NCBI GenBank assembly: GCA_951406725.2
Contig: OX597827.1
Span: 52,018,001 to 52,082,000 of the forward strand
Length of the DNA: 64,000 nt
Reading direction: 5' to 3'
DNA from: Octopus vulgaris
Lineage: Eukaryota
Below, in pieces: positions 52,565-64,000 of this stretch. The position numbers were made by a program, and so were the translations under genes. Every line of letters begins with the position of its first letter. The stretch's first letter is position 1. Below the pieces are notes generated by a model that worked only from the letters and a program-made list of their open reading frames with translations, did no database searches and was not told the DNA's origin.

Positions 52565-55500
52565 CTACTTGGTACATCTTTTATTTCTTTAGAATTAAAC
52601 AAATAAGGAACAAAACTCTTCCTCTAAGTAGGACACTGGTCCATCATAAGCTGAGAAGAGATAGAAATAGTGGTAATAAGGTGACTGGGTGGGCCCTCAA
52701 GGTATGCAGTAGAAGTGAATGGGGAGAGGGAAACCAGGACTGTAGGTGAGTAGAGGTTGCAAGAGAGTATTGGAGAGTAAGTGATGGGGAATGGTGAATA
52801 AGTGTTGAGGGATGGATGTAATGAATGGTGAATAAGAAGGGTCCAATGATGTAGGAAGGTAAAGAACAGCAGAATAGTCAGTAAAGTAAGCAGGAGGAGT
52901 AGAAGGATGAGAATGTAGCAGCACACTGATGCTGCTGGTACAGAAGCCAAATCCTTTGCTAGTCTTAACCCCTTGCTCCAACTTCTTTCATCCCCTACTC
53001 ACATTCCAAACCAGCACACACCCCCCACCAAACATTCTCAATATCATTTTTATCTCTAAGGCAGCAACCTGGCAAAAACGTTAGCACACCAGGCGAAATG
53101 CTTAGCAGTATTTCGCCTGTCCTTACGTTCTGAGCTCAAATTCCGCCGAGGTTGACTTTGCCTTTCATTCTTTCAGGGTCAATAAATTAAGTACCAGTTG
53201 CAAACTGGGGTCGATCTCTCAGAGATAATTTCTCTCTAGATGAGGTCCTCCTCTCCTTTAAAGAATGATCTAACCTCTTTGAAAACAATTTCTTCCTTTC
53301 ACCCTTTAGCATTCAGATTACTCTATTAAATATAATGATCATTTCTTCATATTGTTTTGAATTAATCATGCATTATCTCACAGCTTTGAGATGTTGAAGA
53401 TATAGTTGTTTATTTTTAGAATGACATTGTAGGATAAGTGTAAGAGGCCAGATCTGACTGTTTTAAACATAAAACAGCCAGAATCATCATCTTCATCATC
53501 CTTTAATGTCTGTTTTGCATGTTGGCATGGGTTGGATGATTTGACCAGAGCCAACAAGACAGAGAGCTACACAAGGTTCCAACCTGATTTGGCTTGGTTT
53601 CTATGGCTGGATGCCCTTCCTAATGCCAACCACTTTACAGTGTGTAGTGAGTGCTTTTAATCTGACACTGGCATGAGCACTTTATGTGGCACTGGTATGA
53701 GTGCTTTTAAGCAGTACTTTTAGCCAAATATGGACAGTTTAAATGCTAAAGAGATAAATAATGTACTCTTCTCGAAAATAGAGCTCCTATCAAAAGTAAG
53801 ATTTGTTCTGTAGACAACAATCCCTCACACATTTTACACAAGATCATATTAAGCAAAAATGATTTCCATCACAATAAATGAAAAAACATAATTCAACAAA
53901 CCTATTCTGAAGTTTACCAGACACTTTTTCATGTTGACTGGAAGAATCTTCTCTAATCGTTGGTGAAATCTGAGATGTTGCACAAATCTGCTTTCGCATC
54001 TTACAAGACTTCTCTTCTTGTAACAAGTCTGAAGACAGAGACAAATTTGGGGACACTGCTACAGCAAGTGATGAACTTTGTCTTGTTGATATAGTGTTGC
54101 TTTCACATCCCATAGCTGACTTTTTGGCATTTAGATCTTTACAAACAACATTATTTACAGTTGTATTATCCTTTGAAGCCAATGTAAGCTTATTGTTTGC
54201 AGCTGCTTCAGACAGGTTAGCAGTAAGTGTACTGTCTGGTACATCAAGTACTTTCTGACTAGATCCAACGGCTGTCTGAAAACAACATAGAAAGACAACA
54301 AGGTAATGGTGTTAGTAGGAGAGGTTAGACAGGTAAAGGCAGAGGATGAAATATTGTAACTGAATAAATCAGGGGATGTTAAGTTAAGAGCAGTTAAAAG
54401 TACTTAGGAACAAGACAAGAGATGGTGAAAAAATGAAAAAGCAGAAAATGAAAAAATTGAAAAACACGAAAAAGAGTGAACAGCTGAGAATTTTGGTCAG
54501 CACATTATGAAAAGAATAACTTGTGTCCTTGGATTTTATACTGAGATGTCCTAAGATGTAGCTTTTAATTGCATCCTGTAAGTTCATCCAGGGTATATAT
54601 ATCCTGCAAGATTTTTCACTGCATTAGATAAACACTTTTAACTATCTAATAATTATGCCCAGATTTTCAAATGATGCATGACTCACCTTTGCCACAAGTA
54701 GTAACCTAACCCAAAATATTGCAGTACACAATAATAGGGCGGGGGTAAAGAATTCAATAATAAAAACCAAGTAAAAATGGATAATGAAATTAATATTGAT
54801 TTCGGATTTTGGCACAAGGCCAGCAAGTCCAGGGGAGTGGGTAAGTCAATTACATCAACTCCAGTGCTCAACTGCTACTTATTTTATTGACCCCGAAATG
54901 ATGAAAGACAAAGTCAACCTTGATAGAATTTGAACTCAGAACATAAAGACGGACAAACTGCTGCTAAGCATTTTGCCTGGTGTGTTAACGATTCTGCCAG
55001 CTCACCGCCTTAATGATGAAATTAATATTAATAGTAATTATATGAGAGGTGGTAATAGCAACTATGCACATATATTGAATCTAAGGGGATTATAAACAAC
55101 CAATGACTAACTACGTGAGTGAAAACAATGAACCTACAATAGACGGTGTAAGGGAGATAACTGAACCCAGACCAGACATTTAAAGTAACTGTAAGAAATA
55201 TTGAATGTAGTAATAGACAAAATTTAGTGTATAGTCAAACTAATAATACTAGTGGGATAACAAGTAATGATATAGACGAGATACCTAATTCTTCTGCCAG
55301 TAGCAAGCATAGGGTTAATATCATCAAACATTTTTATAGCTGAAGAGCTGCCCAGGTTCCATGTCTGTTTAGGCATGGTTTCTATGGCTGGATGCTCTTT
55401 CTAATGCCAACTGCTTTACAGAGTGTACTGGGTGCTTTATGCAGCACTGGTACGAGAGCTTTTATGTGGGACCAGCACAGGTGTTTTTTACATGGCACCA

Positions 55501-58500
55501 GCACCCATGAGCCTGCAAGATTAGGATTGCTCAGCTGAAGAGGGGCATAGGGACATGCCTGTATGCAAAGATAATCATGATTTCACTTAGATTGATGTGT
55601 CTTCTCAAGCACAAGTGCTTCAACTCATAACACTGATAAAATATACCGTCTAATGATAGCTATTTAGTTAGACAGACTGAGTTGTTGAGGATTAAGTGCA
55701 ATACAAGTGACACAGTGCATTTCACCTACTTTCATACCTTTTGAACTCAGACATTTCCTGCTCTAAAATATTATCTTTTATCAAGTGTCAACTACACAAA
55801 TTTATTGATATAACTCCATTGTTCTGGTTGAAAGTTCAAAGTTAACATACCAAAGTTTTGCCTTTCGGAACAGAAGTCGTTGATTTTGTTGCATTCTTCA
55901 ACTGCTGTTTTTCCCGGCGGCGTTGACCACTAACACTCACCTTTTTCTGCAAAAAATAAATGACAACATAAGGATAATTAGCAATGTTTTAGATTGACTT
56001 ATGAGGAAGTTACTGTGTAATCTGAACAAAGTGTTGACCATATGTTATGAGATTAAGTAGTCATTGATCTGCAAAATTAGAATGGTTTAACTGGCTTCTT
56101 TTATGAAGGCTCAACATGATATGTTTCAAACAATTGTCTTAACTATAATCCAGCTTTACATCATGTTCCTTGCTAAGCAGCTAAAGTTTTTTTGTTTCTT
56201 TGTTTTTTTGTTGTTTTTTTTTTTTCATGGTTTAGTCAGAAGAGAAAGTGAATATCCTTGACTTATGTAGGACCTCTGGCATTGGTAGAAGAAAAAGAAG
56301 AAACCATAGCTCATCTGTTGTTGCAGTAGATATCATATTATTTATCTTCAAGCTAAGGACTTAGCTCAAATGCTTGCAACAGTGAGTTTCACTAAAGGTA
56401 TCCAAGAATCAGCTGGGGTGTTACACTGGATAATGCATCACTTAGAATTTATATCCAAACGAGCGGAGAGAAGCTAGCAGCAATAATTCATTTAAGATTG
56501 TATTTCAATCTAGGTTCTGCTTATTTTATTGAAAACTAACAGAAATAAAAGTACTTTAAGACATGTGATAATCGTTGTGGTGGTAGTGGTGGTAATAGAA
56601 CAATGCTCTGTTGTTCATAACAGTGCTATATGTTTATTAGAACTGTGTTGGGTAGGCGGCAGAAATGTTGGCACGCCGGGCGAAATGCTTAGCAGTATTT
56701 CATCTGCCACTACGTTCTGATTTCAAATTCCACCAAGGTCAACTTTGCCTTTCATCCTTTTGGGGTCAATTAAATAAGTACCAGTTATACACTGAGATCG
56801 ATATAATCGACTTAATCCGTTTGTTTGTCCTTGGTTGTCCCCTCTGTGTGTAGCCCCTTGCGGGCAGTAAAAGATAAGAACTGTGTTGGGTAGAACACAC
56901 TTGATGCCCAGAGTAAAACAGTAATACAACTTAAACCCAAACACAAATGGCCTAAATATTTTCATGCAACTAAAGATCTTTACCACTAACAATCAAGTAA
57001 TGTATCAAACCAATGAAGAAACTTCTACATGGTCACTCAACTTGCAAGAATTTCCCTTACATCACACCCTACCACCTTCTTAAAAAGAAAGAATGCACTA
57101 AATAATGCAGTCTTAGACCTATTCTACAAAAGCAACAAGATGCCTTTGACTGACCAGGACAAAAAACAACACTGGTGTATATAATTCCCAAGATTTTTCT
57201 ACTCTTGTATATTTATGCTATTAAAAGTGACTTTAATAATATTTAATGTTCTATGGTGTTATTATTAGGTGTTATATAGAGTCTGTTCAAGGCCAGATTT
57301 CAATGTGATCTATATTGTATTGGAATAGTTGTACTGCTTAATATGGAGAATAGTAGAATGAGATAACTGTGGTGTTTTCTGCATATGAATCTATGTGCAT
57401 TTTATAAGTATGTTAAAACACATTGTGCCTGAAAAAAAGAGAGAATAATTAGTTAGAAAACCATGAGTTCCTGTAGTACAAAGGACAAAAATTCTTTTAC
57501 CTTAAACTCTGGGAACAACTTCAAATGAACTCTTCAATTGCTAACTTGAATTTGCAATGCAACTCAAAGATCCTCACTATCCCAATGCACCAGCCAGAAG
57601 CTGGAATATGCAGAGACTCCAGCTGCATGTTAATTCCATCTAAGCCCCTCAGCCCAAAAGAGATGCCCTTGTCATTTGCCTCCATTCTCACGAGGCCTCC
57701 CCACAAATATTGGCAGCTTCCCAGCCTGTATGACATAGTACATACTTGTTCAGCTCCCAAAAATCCAGACTTTATTTTTCATTGACAGAACCACTGCCAT
57801 CATTGGCAACACACTGCTCTTTACCTCCTCTTTCCAACACATCAAGATACCTTCTACGATCCATCTGTTCCCCTTCTCTCTCAAACTTTCTCTGGCCTTT
57901 CTTTTCAATATATGCTCATAGCTGGCCTTATTTCTCAATGTCAGGGATCCTCCCTTCCAGAACCATTTTGGTGCACATCACTTGCCAGCAAACTCAATCT
58001 GGAAATCATAACTTCGATTCTATCAATGGCATTCCTTTCTTTAGAGTTCAATCCATCGATCCCACAGCCATAATTTTCCACTGCATGCTCAGGTGAACTC
58101 AGCAATTGAAAGTTAAGTATTTTGGTCATGGACACAATGCAAACCTTCCAGCATGTTGGCTGAACCATCCAATACCTCACTGATTCAGCTAATTGTTCTC
58201 TCTACGAAATATGTATCATAGTAACCAAAATGAATAAATAATCTATCTTGTCACTCACTCATCTGATTGACATGAAATGACTCACAGACATAATTTAACC
58301 TCTGACCTACAGGTGAACTGTCTCCTCTCTACCTTTTCTATCACTACTGTAATGGCCTCTGTTCTTCAAACTTGACTAGCTTTGTACCTCCATCAGATAC
58401 TCCCAACCCAATCATCGTTCCACTTCATCAACTCCCATCCTAAGCCCTATGCTTAGCCTTCTTCCTCAGAATACCATTCTTCTGAAATATCCACCCTGCT

Positions 58501-60220
58501 TATGTCTTTCCTTCAGGTGTCAACTTGCAACACTTTAAACAGCATATTATTGGCATCAATCTCACTAGTATTGGAAAGCCTATTAAGACCATCGAAACAG
58601 CTGCTTCTAGACCCAGGAGAAAAAAGGAAAAAAAGCACGATATAATCACTGTAGTTGACTATATTCTTGTACAAATGATAAAAATATACAAACACTCCCT
58701 TACTTTCATATGTGGTGGAAAATCAAAGATCGATGGAACAGCACCATCTCTAAGGCGTGTCGTTTGTCCAGTCCGGTCAAAACATTCTTCCGTAAAATGC
58801 TCACTACACAGGTAGGTTTTATGCTCTGGTACCCAAATTTTACCATTCACTTGGTACTTGAGGGCATATGCCCACTCTTTTCTTCGTTTCAAATCCTTAG
58901 GAAAACTACAAATAGAGAAAGTAGTTGCAAAAGGTTAGAAAAACTGAAGAAAAGGAAGGCAAATGAACAAGAGCCTCTTATATGAATCAGAGAAAAGAAA
59001 TATATTAAGGGAGATAACTTGTACTAGGAGGGAATAGGAACCAACCGCAAAGTAAACAAGTGAAACTAGACAGTCAAGTTAAAATAAAAAGCAAGTAAGT
59101 AGCGAGAGAGACAAAAGGATTAAATATAAACCTTCAAGCAACTAAAAATAGCTGAAAGATATTATTAATCACATGTTTAGAGATCAGAACATTTTTAATA
59201 ATTAAATCTATTCTACAATCAGTCAGATCATCAATCATCATTGGATGCCTTATTACTGGATACTCTTTTACTTGTTTCAGTTATTTGACTGCGGCTATGC
59301 TGGAGCACCGCCTTTAGTCGAGCAAATCGACCCCATGACTTATTCTTTGTAAGCCTAGTACTTATTCTATTGGTCTCTTTTGCCGAACCGCTAAGTTACA
59401 GGGATGTAAACACACCAGCATCGGTTGTCAAGTGATGTTGGGGGGGACAAACACAGACACATAAACATATACACACACATACATAAATATATACATATAT
59501 ACGACGGGCTTCCTTCAGTTTCCGTCTACCAAATCCACTTACAAGGCTTTGGTCTGCCCGAGGCTATAGCAGAAGACACTTGCCCAAAGTGCCACACAGT
59601 GGGACTGAACCCGGAACCATGTGGTTGGTAAGCAAGCTACTTACCACACATCCACTCCCCTGCCTTTATACAAATTGATCTCAACTAGAATCCTCTATTT
59701 CATAATTAATAGTAAAAACGTTCTTAACCAGTAGTTCACAGATGTTTCTACACTAGTTACAAAATAAACATTATCTACATCAGTTTAGAAATAAAAATTA
59801 CTTGTTCAAATTCAATTTGATATTATTTCCTAATCCAGAGGTAAGAAATTTGATAATGTGTTGAGATCATTATCAGGTATCTTGTTTTTGGAAGTGTTGA
59901 GGTGACTATTAAAAATAATTTTTCAAATAGTCTAAAAATTTAATCTTAACAATTCATCTCATACATTTAGACATTGAGTGGTAAGTGTTAATAAAAACTA
60001 CCCAAGTATAAAAATACTTGCTGAAACAATTCCTGTAGAAGTTTAAAATTGGGAAATCAGGCAACCAATTCTACAATAGAATAATTTAAAATTAGCATAA
60101 ACTGTATGAAAACAAAATGAATATTCCAAAGCATACTGACCAGTGAAATGTGATGCCTTGCTCACGTGCTTTTCGGTCACTACGATGCGTACATTTATAT
60201 GCTGCACAGGATGTTGGCAT
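49991..60220 (-). CDS. Spliced gene (6 coding exons, 2250 nt, 749 aa): THAP zinc finger - linker - BTB/POZ - 7-aa-repeat C-terminal tail
   Basis: Hand-built model with exons 60220-60141, 58905-58704, 55946-55851, 54275-53902, 52403-52256 and 51340-49991. All introns are GT-AG with pyrimidine tracts, phases are compatible (2,0,0,2,0), and there are no in-frame stops. Confidence 0.8.
51846..52152. mobile_element. DINE-1/HINE-like non-autonomous Helentron-type element in the BTB intron
   Basis: Starts ..tagcagtatcgcccggcgttgctcgggt (hairpin) and ends ttttatatataaagat. Confidence 0.65.
52256..52403 (-). CDS. Coding exon 5, BTB N-terminal part (HPRSMLHNLALLWKDGKFCDAGI...IM)
   Basis: BTB-type HxxxLLxxLxxLxxxxxFCD pattern; acceptor ttgcag and donor GTAAGT. 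Confidence 0.88.
53058..53216 (+). mobile_element. SINE family B (intronic)
   Basis: Shared core. Confidence 0.85.
53902..54275 (-). CDS. Coding exon 4, Ser/Thr-rich linker
   Basis: Extends ORF 53844..54182; acceptor ttttcag; the weak donor AG|GTTTGT supplies the phase 2 needed by the next exon. Confidence 0.7.
54795..55012 (-). mobile_element. SINE family B (intronic)
   Basis: Shared core in reverse orientation. Confidence 0.85.
55851..55946 (-). CDS. Coding exon 3, basic linker (KKVSVSGQRRREKQQLK...GKTL)
   Basis: 96 nt, phase 0/0, acceptor ttttttgcag, donor GTATGT, open frame; the basic stretch could be an NLS (inference). Confidence 0.75.
56655..56876 (+). mobile_element. SINE family B (intronic)
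   Basis: Shared core. Confidence 0.85.
58704..58905 (-). CDS. Coding exon 2, THAP C-terminal half (FPKDLKRRKEW...LCSEHF...LRDGAVPSIF)
   Basis: ORF 58659..58892 carries the conserved P, W, CSxHF and AVPTIF-box residues; acceptor ttgtag and donor GTAAGG. Confidence 0.93.
59265..59663 (-). mobile_element. SINE family A, full length (intronic)
   Basis: Reverse complement of the 26849-27226 type. Confidence 0.88.
60141..60220 (-). CDS. Coding exon 1, THAP N-terminal half (MPTSCAAYKCTHRSDRKAREQGITFH)
   Basis: Matches the THAP start MxxxCxxxxC...FH; acceptor ttgcag at 60261-60266 and donor GTCAGT at 60140. Confidence 0.9.
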
Positions 60221-61228
60221 AACTTTATCTTACTCTCCCAGCTGCTGCAGCTAGACTCATCTGCAAATAATAATAATAATAATAATAATACTGATAACAA
60301 TGATTTCTTACAGTGTCACAATATTCAAATTAGTAGGGAAGGAAGTCTAGTGAACTAAATCTACAAATAGTAAATGACTGGCTAGATAAAAGACTATGAC
60401 CCAAATTACTCTAAATCTCGAACTGAGCAAGTAACCCTATTTAGACAGATGGACAAGAATAAGTGGCATGTAAACAACACAATTCAGACAAACAATATAT
60501 GAAGTGTAAACAGATAAGGGAACTTAATGTCTTTGTCAACATGAGTTGACCAATTTGTCAACAACCTTTTATTCATGAAACACAAAAATCAGATTGGGTC
60601 TTTTCTTGCAGGACTAACAAGAACAGCTCACTCAATGTTGAAGAAGTTGACAAATTCAAATTTGCCAAGTGATAAGACCGCAGAGGCCAAGAAAATGCCG
60701 AATACTAGTTACTTGATGGTTTAGTCAGAAGAAATAAAACTGACATTTGCAAGACATTGTGGACTAGTGAAATCGATACAGTTTATGTTGAACTTGGAAA
60801 AATTTTTGTTACCAGTTTTCATGTTTCATACAACTGCAATTACAATTCTGAAAAACTTCATGATATTTTTCTTTCTATTACACCCACTTCGCTTGCAAGG
60901 CAGATGTAAAAGTAAAACTTACTGGGAAAAGAACAGAATTGGGAAGAGCAGCATGCTAAAACGTAAAATACTGAATTTTAGGACAAAAAATTCTTTCATG
61001 GAAGGAAACAAACACCTTGCCTTTTTTTCTTTCTACATGAGGTAGTGATGGCTATTCCAAAAGTCCACCAATCAGAGATTACAATCATCTCACAAGATGG
61101 ACGTAATAGTAAAACTTCACCAACTTTGGGGGGGGGGTTTCTGGTTTAAACATTCCATATAACCCCTCATAACTTATATTTTGGGGGAATTTTCAGAAAA
61201 TGTTTGCGAATTTCTGTCTTACACACAG

Positions 61229-61977
61229 GAATTCATACGATTATACCAGAAAAAATACTTTTTGTGTATCTAGCACATCTCACGACCACTTGATACCTTC
61301 CTCGTTTCTTTGTCACTCTAACAATTATTGATGTTTTTCAATTTTTTTTCCCTATAAACACATTTAATGGAATAATGATGTACCCAAGGGTGGTCCATTG
61401 TTGGAATTTAAGCAAAAGATTCGGTCTGTCCGTATTTGAAACTTTGATTTTTTTTTTTTTTAATCGAAAAGAGGGGAACTTTTAGGATTTGTGGGAAGGA
61501 TGGTTAAAATTTTTGGCAATCTTTCGTCTCTAGTAGACCTTTCCGTCAATTTCCGTAAAAAATTTTTTTTTTTTTACATATGGGCTTGCGGGAACTTTTG
61601 AAGTAATGAGAGCGAAAGAGACTAAGAGAAAGCGATTGTATGACGAGGGAAATTCTTTTGAAGTTACCGTGCATGGGAAGCATTGATGTACATGTGTGTG
61701 TGTGTGTGTGTGTGTTTGATGGGGTGTGGGAGACAGACAGTATGTTGTGTTAGTGAAGTGCTTCTGTTAGTGTGTGTGAAGAGACAGAGTAATGTGTGAA
61801 AGAAAAAGATAACTGGAATTTTTTACTCGGTGTATGTGTATATGTATGTATATTACTTCAAAAGTTCCCGCAAGCCCATATGTAAAAAAAAAATTTTTTT
61901 ACGGAAATCGACGGAAAGGTCTACTAGAGACGAAAGATCGCCAATTTTTTTTTAATAGCATAATCGTATGAATTCCC
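61229..61977. repeat. Foldback-like element with ~93-bp inverted arms (61513-61607 / 61852-61944) and short outer inverted repeats
   Basis: Arms are reverse complements with few mismatches. Confidence 0.85.
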
Positions 61978-62460
61978 ATGTATAGAACACAAATACGCTT
62001 ACAAGAGGTAGTGGATGCCCGATGTGAAACACAACGGTAAACATATTTTAAAATAATCATTTCTTTGCGGTTTAAAATTTTTTTTCTTTAATTACTAAAT
62101 TTATTGGCTAGAAAGTAGAATACTTTAGAAATAAAAAATACACTGACTTGATAGATTCTTCTTTTCGATAGTATTAGACTTGCAAAACAACTTGGAAAAA
62201 ACCGAAGATTTAGAACCGTAAACAAACATAGCCACACGTTGAACAGGAGAATTACCGGAAGTGTAATATACTCTAAATTATCTATCTCCAGTATTGAAGA
62301 ACTTAGCCAAATTCGTCTGCTTTCAGTTATACTGTTACGGTTATTAATTATGCCAATACTTCGCAAGGGAGCGCTTGCTAAATGTAGTAAATATTCCTTG
62401 TGTATATGTCTAATTGTTTTTGTTGTAAGACAGTAAAATGAAATTGTACAACTTTCTTAC

Positions 62461-62600
62461 CGTTTTAGACTCTTCCTTCTTCAGCTTTCATGTACTTGAC
62501 GAAAGTTAATAACAATGATCTTGATAAATACAGGTGACAATTCCAGACACATTTTTGTCTTATTGAAGCTCTTAGGCGAAACAAATTTTTCCTACTTGCG
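62461..62600 (-). other. Candidate 5' UTR exon of the THAP-BTB gene
   Basis: Donor ACG|GTAAGA at 62460 in non-repetitive sequence upstream of the acceptor at 60261; the 5' boundary is a guess. Confidence 0.4.
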
Positions 62601-62834
62601 AGATAAGGGAAAAGTGAACTAGTATATTCACGTACAATAATGTATACGTGTAGGTGTCAAAAATTGCCCAGAGACGCAATCTTCAGTCACAATGATGATA
62701 TTTAACACATCATGTACATTATTGTACATTAATATAATGATTTCAAATTTTGCTACGAGGGCAGCAACTTTGGGGAGGGGATGAGTCGCTTGCATCAACC
62801 CAGTGTTCAACTGGTACTTATTTTATCGACCCGC

Positions 62835-63285
62835 TGGTAACGACCACACTTGAATGGTGCCCTTTTATGTGCTACTGGCACAGAAGCCGGTTAGCCGCTC
62901 TGTCAACGATCACCCTTGTATGGTGCTCTTTGCACCCCACTAGCACAGATGCCAGTCGATGAATTTGATTTTGATTTTGATTTCACTTGCCTCAACAGGT
63001 CTTCACAAGCAGAGTTTAGTGACCAAAGAAGGAAAAGGTATGCATAAGGGGGCTGGTTACGCTCTTGGCGTAGGCCACAGGTTATGGTCTCATTTCATAG
63101 GCCACAGATTATGGGTCTTCTCAAGCACAGCATATTTCCAAAAGTCTAGGTCGCTAGTCATTTCCTTGGTGAGGCCTAATGTTTGAAGGTCGTGCTTCAC
63201 CACTTCATCCTAGGTCTTCCTGGGTCTACCTCTTCCACAAGTTCCCTCAACCGCTAGGGTGTGGCACTTTTTCACACAGCTATCA
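62835..63285 (-). mobile_element. RTE-like LINE 3' end
   Basis: Minus strand reads GRPRKT*DEVVKHDLQTLGLTKEMTSDLDFWKYAVLEKT; related UTR-like pieces lie at 53490-53720, 55330-55620 and 63370-64000. Confidence 0.75.
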
Positions 63286-64000
63286 ATATTAATAAATTTT
63301 ACTGCTATTTCTAGCATGTATGACAAAATTTATTGAAGTCAGCAAACTGCACCAATTCCTGCTGTTTGCATTGATATAATTTCTATGGCTGGATGGCTTC
63401 CTATGCTAACCAATTTACAGTGTACAGGGTGCTTTTTACATGGCACCAACAGCAGTGAGGTCACCAATTAACTTACAAGACTTCTCAGTTGAGGTGGGGA
63501 GTCGTATTGAGGGACACAAAAAAAAGAGTCTGGCATTTGAGAGGAAACGTGGCTACCTCAGGTGGAGAGACAAGAGAGAGAAGACAGTGAAGATATAACA
63601 GGAGAGAGAGTGAGTGAACCAGGGATTATCGAGGGTGTAAGATTGCAAAAGGAGAATAGGGGGGGGTATAATGAGTGGTCAAAGGTAGAGAGAATATGTT
63701 GGGAGGAAAAAGGTTCAACAGGAACATACTGTGTGCTAGTAGGTATGTGAAGGAGAACAGAGGGGAATACAAAGGATGGAAAGCATGGGAAAGAAAGGGT
63801 GTTGGGAAGCTGGGTTGTGGAGGTGGTTTGTTAGGGAACAGACTGTGTGTAGGAGGTGGGGAGGCATGGACATAAAGGGCATGCCTTTATGGCTCGATTT
63901 TACTTAGCTGGGTGGGTCTTCTCAAGCACACAAATCATCAGTTGTCTTGGTCCTTTGTCATCTCCTCTGTGAAGTTCAACATCTGAGGATCATTTCTCAC

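Noticed and set aside
57480-58200. Extra exons of the THAP-BTB gene
   Set aside because: Short ORFs broken by stops, without convincing splice pairs; looks like a decayed retroelement fragment.
58659-60220. THAP domain as part of a P-element or THAP9-like transposase
   Set aside because: No transposase catalytic domain or TIRs follow; downstream exons lead to BTB.
62251-62267. ETS-like CCGGAAGT promoter site
   Set aside because: A single short motif with no mapped TSS is insufficient support.

Overview
AT-rich, microsatellite- and SINE-dense eukaryotic DNA; the repeat families resemble those of an Octopus genome (inferred, not verified). Bases 1-49 kb are mostly decayed transposons: Penelope-like, CR1/L2-like, RTE, Tx1/L1-like and R4/Dong-like LINE pieces, Tc1/mariner elements, a complete hAT with an 8-bp TSD nested in a LINE, and a degenerate Helentron (Rep + Pif1 + AP endonuclease). 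The one host gene is on the minus strand at about 50-62.5 kb. Six coding exons join in phase through GT-AG introns into a 749-aa protein with an N-terminal THAP zinc finger, a linker, a BTB/POZ domain and a long Thr/Val/Asp/Asn-rich 7-residue-repeat tail. This THAP-BTB architecture is the most notable find. Other observations are short exact copies exchanged between unrelated nearby relics, several minimal hammerhead-ribozyme motifs, and possible alternative splicing in the gene.
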